This document shows, piece after piece, positions 9,257 to 17,354 of a DNA stretch of 62,854 bases. Position 1 is the stretch's first letter. Each line of letters opens with the position of its first letter. A program made the translations under genes and the position numbers. The notes beneath the pieces were generated by a model. That model was not told the DNA's origin. It saw only the letters and a list, made by a program, of their open reading frames with translations, and ran no database searches. The DNA is from an uncultured archaeon (GTDB taxonomy: Archaea; Asgardarchaeota; Lokiarchaeia; Sigyniarchaeales; SOKP01). The stretch lies in assembly GCA_964508365.1 (NCBI GenBank), contig CAZDTP010000015.1, forward strand, positions 5,285 to 68,138, written 5' to 3'.

Positions 9257-9793
9257 TTATCTCCTCATAAAGGATGGGAGCATTAAACTAAATATTTCAG
9301 CGATTTTTCTGAGTTTGGCGCTTTCCTTGATTTGTGTAACAATAAGAACAGATTTTTCTAGTTCTTCTTTATCTAATGAGCCACCCGAATAAATAGCTTC
9401 CTCAGTATTGAAAACTAACAGATACCTAACATTTGGGTTATTAATGATGCTTACTCCTGAAGTTTGTTTTAGATCGTCATAGATTTCTTGATATATTTTT
9501 GGAATATTTCCTCTATCGTTAGTAATGATAAGTATTGGAATTCCTTTCTCAGTTAGCTTTTTAAGTTCTATGCTGTAAAATTTATCAATTTTAGGTGAAA
9601 CTATATTAAGTTGAATGGATGTTGAAGTAATCAGAGTAATTAAATGCTCATTGAGAACATTCTTGCGTTCAGGACCTCCCGAAGATTCTAAATTAATCAT
9701 TCCTACTAATGATAATACCTTATTTTCTAAATTTTGTACCTCACTCTTGAGTCTGGTATTTTCAACACGGAGTTCAATAATCCTATCTGACAT
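9257..9793 (-). CDS. Coiled-coil plus PLD-like (Nuc/TrmB-type) fold protein lacking the HKD motif
   Basis: N-terminal heptads, then QLNIVSPKID...KGIPILIITND...NPNVRYLLVFNTEEAIYSGGSLD, which is PLD-fold order without HxK/GSxN. Confidence 0.55.
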   Translation of the reverse strand: MSDRIIELRVENTRLKSEVQNLENKVLSLVGMINLESSGGPERKNVLNEHLITLITSTSIQLNIVSPKIDKFYSIELKKLTEKGIPILIITNDRGNIPKIYQEIYDDLKQTSGVSIINNPNVRYLLVFNTEEAIYSGGSLDKEELEKSVLIVTQIKESAKLRKIAEIFSLMLPSFMRR

Positions 9794-9896
9794 ATTAGAC
9801 CAATATATGTTTCTAAATTTAATTTTCTAATATGAATACTTTTAATTAAGTTTAAGCAAAACGAAGGTATTACACTATAACTATAGATTCATTTTT

Positions 9897-12494
9897 CTAA
9901 CTTAATTTTTTCCACGGCTTTCCAAAAAGAATAAAGCTAGATATCGCTAGAGATCCTTCTAAATCAATGTTCTTTACTCCTTCCTCTGCGGATAAATCAT
10001 CAAATTTCTTTTCTACAAGTTTAGTCATTTTATTTGCCATACATGCTTGCCGTGCTTTCATAAGGGAAACCCCCTGACTAAGATCATTGAATAAGTTGAG
10101 ATAAAAGTTAGCGATTATTTCCTTTGTCTCGTTATTAAAAATCGGATAATTTCTGGACATTATCCCCGTAATTCTCTCATAATCGAAATATTCTACAATT
10201 TCTCCAAAAGTACGTAAAACATTCTTTAACTTTTTGCCTTCAATATCATAAATTTGAGAATTAAAAAATAAAAACGGTTTTTCTGCGTTAGGGTTCGCTT
10301 GTATTGACTTATTAATATCATTAAATGTTATTATTTTATCATCGTTGGTGAGGAAAAAGCTGTCCCGTGGATTCCACTTTGAATAAAAAATATTTCCAAC
10401 AAAATGGATGATATGATTCGATCCAGTTTCTATATGAGTTAGAATATTATATCGAGAAGAATTCGCCCCCATTAATATATTTATTTGATTTACTTCTTCG
10501 CGACCGTTGAAAAATTCAGTTATATAGTTAAATTCATTATTTCCCGATTCAAAAGGAAATATTAACTCTTTTGATTTAATTTCTTCGTTCCACCTTATAG
10601 GTCCTGAAGCATTTATAGAATCGATGATTAAGACATTGATTTTACCGTCTTTCGTTAGATTTCCTTCTTTTTCAGTTGAATCGTGCCCAAAAGTCACCCC
10701 TCCAAGAGGTGGTTCCCCAATGATATACCCAATGGAATATTTTAATAAGAAAAAATTATTGTCATATACTAGTTCGAAAGGAATCGTCATTTTATCTAAA
10801 ATAAAATAAATTTCAGGTGTAATATTTAAAGACTTAATCTCAAACTGCTCTAAAAAGGTGCGGATTTTAATAGGAAGAAATAAGTATAGCAATCTGCCGA
10901 ATTCATTTACGCTAAAGTCATATTTTTTTTCAAGATTATCTGAGAAAATGTCATTATAAATATCTATTATATGTGCATCGTTCCAATATTCGTTGAAAAT
11001 TGTTCCTTCCACTACATCATCATCAACAGATATCATTCGAATAGAAATTAAACCATCGGAGTTGATCCTAAAAATCATCTGTTTTATTACAAAACCTTCT
11101 TCAAATCCTGTAAAAAGTAAGTTTTCCTCTCCAAAAGAGTATATATCTCTTCTAAGTGCTTCAGTCTCGTTATATAAAAAAAGCGGATCGTCAATTGCAT
11201 TCAATAGATTTTTCTCTAAATATGGTAATATTTTTTGAGCGAGTTTAAAATCTTTTTGCTCATATAACACACGATAAAACATCATATGCCAAAAATCCTT
11301 TTGCTCTAAGGAGAAAAATAGAGACTTAAATTTCCATAAGAAATTACAAGTGTAAAAGAAGTGATACAATTGGGCATTAGTTTGAGGTATTTTCAAGTGT
11401 GTATTTAACTTTTCAATAGATTGTAAGAGATATTTCTTTTCCTTCATTTCTACGAATTTTTTGCATGCTTCAACCCAAAGTTCAATTAGAATATTATCAT
11501 ATCCAAGATCCGTCTGATATAAGAATAGGTCCTCGAGAAAATCGTAAATTTCAAATGCAATCTCAAATCTATTTCTCGTAATTGCAAAATCTATAAATTT
11601 CCTAATATACGTAACAGCGTCTCCATAAGAATGGTACACATGAATTTTAGAGAATAGATTTTTTATAACGGTTATTATCCATGTATGTTCTCCAATGTTG
11701 TTTAAGTAGTAAATTAATTCTTCTAAATCCCCCAAAATTATATTAAAATTTCGTTCATTAATTGAAATCTTACCTAAATTACTAAATTCGTTCTTTAAAT
11801 AACCAGGGATTCTATTCACTAAGATTTTAATCATTAACTTTACGAATTCTTCAGAATTCTCCATAAGTTGGAAGTTCACATTCACATTCTCAATAAAAAC
11901 ATAAAGAAATAAAGCCCGTTTCCCTGGTTCGAGTTTAAAAATTGTTCTACCTAAAACCTCCATACTTAGATGAAAAAATTCCTGAGGAAGAACAGTTTTC
12001 CTTAAAAACATCAAAACTAATTGCAATTCGATTAGCTTGATGTAATCATCCCTTTCAATTACTTTAACACAGAAAGAATTTATAAATTTTGTTATACCCG
12101 TTTGAGATAACGAATCCATTTTAGTAAATGATTTAAGCAAGTTAGTTGCAAAGTTGTTGAGTAGGTAAAAATCATCTAATTTAGACAAAAACGAGAAAAA
12201 GCGTTTGTATGCATCAATATATCTAATAAAATCTATATTAATACTTTCTTCGGTCCTACGAATCAAAGAATTGATATACATCCACCAAGAATTTGATATA
12301 ATCATTATTAATTGGTGCTTCTTTTGGATATCGAGCCACTCAGTTTTTTCGATATCAAAATATAAGTCGGTTAATAATCTATCTGCCCAAAGATGATTCG
12401 AAGAGTATAATAATTTTCTGCCTTGAATAATTTTCTGTTGGAATTCCTTTAAGAATTCTGATTGTGTGTTTAAATTAATAACCATCCTTTCCAC
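9897..12494 (-). CDS. Alpha-helical solenoid plus C-terminal CHAT (caspase-like) domain, catalytic dyad lost
   Basis: TIPFELV, IIHFVGN (cf. HFxGH), LFFNSQ (cf. FLNAC), IANFYLNL, SLMKARQ and SSFILFGKP (cf. AFVLYGDP). Confidence 0.75.
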   Translation of the reverse strand: MERMVINLNTQSEFLKEFQQKIIQGRKLLYSSNHLWADRLLTDLYFDIEKTEWLDIQKKHQLIMIISNSWWMYINSLIRRTEESINIDFIRYIDAYKRFFSFLSKLDDFYLLNNFATNLLKSFTKMDSLSQTGITKFINSFCVKVIERDDYIKLIELQLVLMFLRKTVLPQEFFHLSMEVLGRTIFKLEPGKRALFLYVFIENVNVNFQLMENSEEFVKLMIKILVNRIPGYLKNEFSNLGKISINERNFNIILGDLEELIYYLNNIGEHTWIITVIKNLFSKIHVYHSYGDAVTYIRKFIDFAITRNRFEIAFEIYDFLEDLFLYQTDLGYDNILIELWVEACKKFVEMKEKKYLLQSIEKLNTHLKIPQTNAQLYHFFYTCNFLWKFKSLFFSLEQKDFWHMMFYRVLYEQKDFKLAQKILPYLEKNLLNAIDDPLFLYNETEALRRDIYSFGEENLLFTGFEEGFVIKQMIFRINSDGLISIRMISVDDDVVEGTIFNEYWNDAHIIDIYNDIFSDNLEKKYDFSVNEFGRLLYLFLPIKIRTFLEQFEIKSLNITPEIYFILDKMTIPFELVYDNNFFLLKYSIGYIIGEPPLGGVTFGHDSTEKEGNLTKDGKINVLIIDSINASGPIRWNEEIKSKELIFPFESGNNEFNYITEFFNGREEVNQINILMGANSSRYNILTHIETGSNHIIHFVGNIFYSKWNPRDSFFLTNDDKIITFNDINKSIQANPNAEKPFLFFNSQIYDIEGKKLKNVLRTFGEIVEYFDYERITGIMSRNYPIFNNETKEIIANFYLNLFNDLSQGVSLMKARQACMANKMTKLVEKKFDDLSAEEGVKNIDLEGSLAISSFILFGKPWKKLS

Positions 12495-12528
12495 TACTTC
12501 TTATAATTTTAAAATTTTTTAAAATTGT

Positions 12529-13713
12529 TTAATCAATTTCTTGTTGCTCTAACTCCTGATGAGATGGATTTCTAATCCATCCTTTCTTTAGTTGATCTTT
12601 TGAAAATAGAACTGAAGCTCCAATCCAACCCATGTTTTCTCTTCCGGAGGCTGCTACTACTTTTATTATTGGTCTTAACTTTTCTGAAAAAAACCTCTGT
12701 AATTCTACTTCTAATCTTTCACTTAAACCTACAATCAAGCTACTTCCTCCTGAAAGTATAACATTTGAAAGGAGTTCCTCCCAATTTTCTCTGTCCCACG
12801 ACATTACTACTTTTGAAATAGCTTCAGCTAATCCCATATAATCGACATGAATGATCTTAGGATCAAATAGAGGTTCTGACAAGAGGAACCGCTCAGAGTT
12901 CAATTTTAATTTGCTACCATCGGGTAAATCAAGAATTCGATCGTATTTTGTTAAACCTCCTTTAACCTTTTTCTTTTCTTCAGTAGGATCGAGGATACAA
13001 AGGGATATCTTCTCTTTAATCTCCTTAGCAATCATTTTATCGAGATAAGTGTTTTTTGAGGAGCTAATCTTGCTTAAAATTAGATTTAGGAGATAATTAG
13101 TAATATTTTTTCCTGTTATAGGAAACATATCTCTCGCCATTATGTTAGTAAACCCATGAAAGATTGAAGAAATTGATGTATAAGATTCTCCTATATTCAC
13201 GATAATTCCGTTGGATTTTTGTAATGTCGACAGAATAGCTTGACTTTCGGGTAAAAACAAGATATAGGGGAAGTTAAAAGAATTAAAAAATACTTCTTGG
13301 AGTTTTGTCTTTTCTAATTCCGATTTATAGAAGGGAGTTATGATTATTAACGGTTGTTTAAAATGTGTATCCACTGGAATGTTTAATTGTTGGTAGTAAT
13401 GGAAAAAAAACTTGGAAAGAATCTTATAGTTTTTCTCTTTACTAAACTCCCGAATTTTCAAAATATTTTTATATTTAAGCGCATCAAAACCAACTAAATG
13501 AGTTTGATTATCCGTATCAAGAAATATTTCCTCTAATCCACTAATAGTTTCTGATCCACTGATATCAGAAGTAAAGAGATAATCAGTAATATCAACATAA
13601 ACACTAGGCACAATAATATCCGGAAAATCTCCTCCTGCCCATCCTAGTCTAAAATTATCGCTTCCAATATCGAGAACTAATGGAATTAGATAATTGTTTT
13701 CAGTATTTGCCAT
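12529..13713 (-). CDS. Actin family protein (divergent actin-related protein)
   Basis: LVLDIGSDNFRLGWAGGDFP, ESQAILS, IVNIGESYT, EIKEK, ERFLLSEPLFDP, ILSGGSSLIVGLSERL and WIGASVL align with actin motifs. Confidence 0.9.
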   Translation of the reverse strand: MANTENNYLIPLVLDIGSDNFRLGWAGGDFPDIIVPSVYVDITDYLFTSDISGSETISGLEEIFLDTDNQTHLVGFDALKYKNILKIREFSKEKNYKILSKFFFHYYQQLNIPVDTHFKQPLIIITPFYKSELEKTKLQEVFFNSFNFPYILFLPESQAILSTLQKSNGIIVNIGESYTSISSIFHGFTNIMARDMFPITGKNITNYLLNLILSKISSSKNTYLDKMIAKEIKEKISLCILDPTEEKKKVKGGLTKYDRILDLPDGSKLKLNSERFLLSEPLFDPKIIHVDYMGLAEAISKVVMSWDRENWEELLSNVILSGGSSLIVGLSERLEVELQRFFSEKLRPIIKVVAASGRENMGWIGASVLFSKDQLKKGWIRNPSHQELEQQEID

Positions 13714-13767
13714 GATTTTACTTATTAGATTTGTTAGTGTCAGGATTTTAAAAAAGAATAAATAATA

Positions 13768-14496
13768 TCAGAATGATTGTTGCTGATGAACATACTCATC
13801 TGATAACTTTTTTAATTGATATTCTTTCACTTGTAATTCTAATAATCCTAAAACTTTCTTAAATTCACTTGACATCGATTCAACATCTACATCGGTAATC
13901 TTTTCAACTTCATCTCTTTTTAATTTGAATTGATCAAGATTATAATGGATTTTTTCATAAATACCACTTATTGAGGTGACTAGCTCCTCTGTATTTTTCT
14001 TTGTTATCTTTCTCATTTTTCTAAGAATTGAGAGAATAGAGGATATAGAATTTTCCCACTGGTTATATCTATCTACATAACCATCAAATACATCCTCAAA
14101 AAAAATAGTTAATTTTTCGTATATGTTCTCTTCCTTTGAGAATGAGGGTGTTTTAGTAGTACTTGATGTTTGAGCATCAGCATTTTCTGAACTTTTTTCT
14201 TCTTCAGGAATATCTGAAATGGGGATTCTTTCCTTAAGGGGTGCTCTTTCTGAAAGAGGAACTTGTTCCATTACGTAATCTTCAGCAATTTGCTTTTTTG
14301 TTTCATATGAAAGTTGGGGGGCTATTTTTTCTTCTTCCTCATTTGGAGAGATAAAACTTTTTTCTTCGGTGACTACTTTAAGTAATCCATGTAAAGTAGA
14401 TTCGGTTTTCTTTGACGATTTTAATACATTATACATCTTTGGAGTAGAAGATTCTCCATTACTCTTTTCTTTATCTTTCTTTTTTTTCTTTGCCAT
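13768..14496 (-). CDS. Hypothetical protein: Lys-rich and disordered N-half, helical/coiled-coil C-half
   Basis: ATG ORF immediately upstream of the ARP; composition as stated. Confidence 0.7.
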   Translation of the reverse strand: MAKKKKKDKEKSNGESSTPKMYNVLKSSKKTESTLHGLLKVVTEEKSFISPNEEEEKIAPQLSYETKKQIAEDYVMEQVPLSERAPLKERIPISDIPEEEKSSENADAQTSSTTKTPSFSKEENIYEKLTIFFEDVFDGYVDRYNQWENSISSILSILRKMRKITKKNTEELVTSISGIYEKIHYNLDQFKLKRDEVEKITDVDVESMSSEFKKVLGLLELQVKEYQLKKLSDEYVHQQQSF

Positions 14497-14534
14497 TTGA
14501 TTTGCTCAACACTTCCTCTTTTGTTAATAATCAC

Positions 14535-14951
14535 TTATTCTAAAGAAAGGAACTCAACTTTGAGAGCTTCTCCTTTTTCTTTTAATATCTTTTCTAGCTC
14601 TTCTATGGGAAAACTTGGACTCTCCGAGATTACCGTCCATACCGCAGTTTTATTTTTTTCGACAATTACAGCTTCACTATACATCATACTAAGCTTTAAA
14701 TCTCCGAAAGCTGTTGCTAATTTAGCCAATGCTCCAGGAGTATCTCCCATAGATATTCTCAGTTTAATGAGATCGCTTTCACTTCGCAAACCCACTGGAG
14801 TAATCTTAATTTCTTTGGTTTCTGAGTCACTAATCATCATAAGTTGTGAATTTGTCGTAATTCCTAAAGATTTTCTTACAATTTGTGGAATTACAATCCT
14901 CCCTCGTTCGTCTATTGTAAGAATCTTGACTTCTTTCATTTTTCTGAACAC
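14535..14951 (-). CDS. AbrB-family regulator fused to ACT domain
   Basis: TIDERGRIVIPQIVRKSLGI (AbrB) plus DTPGALAKLATAFGDLKLSM (ACT). The likely start is ATG 14939. Confidence 0.85.
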   Translation of the reverse strand: MFRKMKEVKILTIDERGRIVIPQIVRKSLGITTNSQLMMISDSETKEIKITPVGLRSESDLIKLRISMGDTPGALAKLATAFGDLKLSMMYSEAVIVEKNKTAVWTVISESPSFPIEELEKILKEKGEALKVEFLSLE

Positions 14952-15055
14952 ATTTTGTACATTTTTAATTATAATTATTATTAAATTATAAGTATAAAAA
15001 TTTTATACAATATTCTCGTATCAAATAAAGATTTAAAAAAAAATATATTTAGTTC

Positions 15056-17230
15056 TTATTCAAGACGCTTTGCCTTCCCTATAATAGAAACATCCTTCAT
15101 AACTAATCCGTCTTTGTCAAAATTATATCCTGGTTGGCATCCACCGATCGATATAGTAACAATTCCTGGTTCTAGAAATCTTTCTCCATCTAAATTTACT
15201 ACTGAAAAATCTTTAGGCATTAGTTTAAATGAAACTTTTTCCTTTTGACCTTTTTTTAAGAAAACTCGCGTAAAACCTTTCAACTCTCTAATAGGTACTC
15301 TGAAATGAGTATTTTTTCTCGATACATAAAGTTGGATTACTTCCTCTCCTTTATATTCGCCTTTGTTTTCAATTTCAGCTTCCACCTCTAACGCCTCATT
15401 AACATTTATCTCTTCATTAGAAAAATTAAGATTAGAATAGCTAAATTTAGTATAACTGAGACCAAATCCAAAGGAATACAACGGAGTATCTTTAAAATAA
15501 CGATATGTTCTCCCTTCCATACTATAATTCCTAAACTCTGGTAATTGTTCAATAGATTTATAGAATGTAACCGGTAATCTTCCAGCAGGATTATAGTCGC
15601 CGAAAATTACGTCAGCTACAGCATTTCCCCCTTCTTCTCCAGGATACCATACAAACAATATTGCAGGTATGTGTTCTTTTGCAAAATTCACAGATATAGC
15701 GCTACCTCCTGTAAGTATTAGAATAATTGGCTTACCGATGGCATATACTTCCTTAAGAAGGTCTTCTTGAACTCCCGGTAAATCTATCTCTAACCTATCT
15801 CCGTGGAGATCAGACTGTGGTGCCTCACCTTCTTCACCCTCAAGTTGCGGTGAGATACCTAATATCAAAAATACAATATCGGAATTCTGAGCAATGGTTA
15901 TCGCTTCTTCAAAACCTTCTTTTGATTTATCTTTCAAAGGACAACCCTTTACAAATAAGATTTCAGTATCTGAGGAAGTTTTGTTCCTAATCCCTTCTAG
16001 TATTGTTGTGTATTCTGAAGGTTTTCCGTTATAATTTCCTAATAGAACTTCCAGACTATCTGCATTTGGCCCTATTACTGCTATTTTTTTTACATCTTTT
16101 CTCAAAGGTAGGATTCCGTCTTGATTCTTAAGAAGCACAATTGATTCTCTAGCAGCTTTTAAAGCAAGCCGGCGATGTTCTTTACAATCATTTTTTTCGT
16201 AGGGTATTTCCGTGTATTTTACCAGTTCTGGGGGATCAAACATACCAAGTAAAAACCTTGCTCGAAATAGATTTCTTAACGACTCGTTGAGTGTAGTCTC
16301 CTTGAGCAACCCTTTTACAATAGCATCCTTTAGCCATTTCCACCGTTCTCTTCGCGTTTTCCTTGTTATCCCCACTTTACAAATTAAATCTAAACCACTA
16401 TTAAATGCTAGAGCTGCGGCCTCTTCAGGAGTTTCGACCACTTTATGATTTTTAAATATGTCATATACTGCTCCACAGTCCGAAACAACATGACCTTCAA
16501 ATCCCCATTTATCTCTCAGTACTTCTTTTAGCAAAAACTTACTAGCACAACAAGGTTCGCTATTTACTCGGTTATAAGCCCCCATAATTGCCTCTGCTTG
16601 TCCTTCAACTATACATGCTTCAAACGCAGGCATATATGTTTCCCATAAATCTTTTTTGCTAACTTTAGCGTTAAAAAAGTGTCTTTCAGATTCTAAACCA
16701 CTATAGGCAACATAATGTTTGGGTGTAGCAACTAGCTTTAAATACCGAGGATCATCACCTTGTAAGTTTTGAATAAATGTTATTCCCATTTTCGAAGTTA
16801 AAAAAGGATCTTCTCCGTAAGTTTCTTGACCTCTTCCCCACCGAGGATCTCGAAAAATATTCACATTTGGAGACCAAAATGTTAATCCTTGAAAGATTTT
16901 TCTGCTATTGTTTCTCACAGCTTCGTGATGTTTAGCTCTTCCTTCGGTTGATATAGCATCAGCAACTTCTGCCATTAAATTTACATTAAAACTTGCTGCC
17001 AATCCAATTGCTTGTGGAAAAACAGTCGCTATACCGGCAAATCCTACTCCATGAAGAGCTTCACTCCACCAATTATATCTTGGAATATTTAATCGTTCGA
17101 TTCCTTCAGCATCGTTAATGACTTGTGAAATTTTTTCATCTAAGTTCATTCGAGATATTAAATCATCTATTCTAGCTTCAATAGGTTGAGAATGATCTAA
17201 ATACATCACATTCTGAGTTTTATTAACCAT
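15056..17230 (-). CDS. Glycoside hydrolase family 3 (beta-xylosidase/beta-glucosidase) with Fn3-like C-terminus
   Basis: WWSEALHG, WSPNVNIFRDPRWGRGQETYGEDP, KHY, VVSDC (nucleophile Asp), NPAGRLPVTFY, EVIQLYV. Confidence 0.95.
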   Translation of the reverse strand: MVNKTQNVMYLDHSQPIEARIDDLISRMNLDEKISQVINDAEGIERLNIPRYNWWSEALHGVGFAGIATVFPQAIGLAASFNVNLMAEVADAISTEGRAKHHEAVRNNSRKIFQGLTFWSPNVNIFRDPRWGRGQETYGEDPFLTSKMGITFIQNLQGDDPRYLKLVATPKHYVAYSGLESERHFFNAKVSKKDLWETYMPAFEACIVEGQAEAIMGAYNRVNSEPCCASKFLLKEVLRDKWGFEGHVVSDCGAVYDIFKNHKVVETPEEAAALAFNSGLDLICKVGITRKTRRERWKWLKDAIVKGLLKETTLNESLRNLFRARFLLGMFDPPELVKYTEIPYEKNDCKEHRRLALKAARESIVLLKNQDGILPLRKDVKKIAVIGPNADSLEVLLGNYNGKPSEYTTILEGIRNKTSSDTEILFVKGCPLKDKSKEGFEEAITIAQNSDIVFLILGISPQLEGEEGEAPQSDLHGDRLEIDLPGVQEDLLKEVYAIGKPIILILTGGSAISVNFAKEHIPAILFVWYPGEEGGNAVADVIFGDYNPAGRLPVTFYKSIEQLPEFRNYSMEGRTYRYFKDTPLYSFGFGLSYTKFSYSNLNFSNEEINVNEALEVEAEIENKGEYKGEEVIQLYVSRKNTHFRVPIRELKGFTRVFLKKGQKEKVSFKLMPKDFSVVNLDGERFLEPGIVTISIGGCQPGYNFDKDGLVMKDVSIIGKAKRLE

Positions 17231-17354
17231 TTTTCTTCGCTAATTATGAAATCTTTTCTGTAATATAGTTAAAACTCTTTATTAGAATTTTATTGATATT
17301 TTATCATTGCAATATTTTAAGAAAATTAGGTAAAACAAAAAAGAAAATAGGTTT

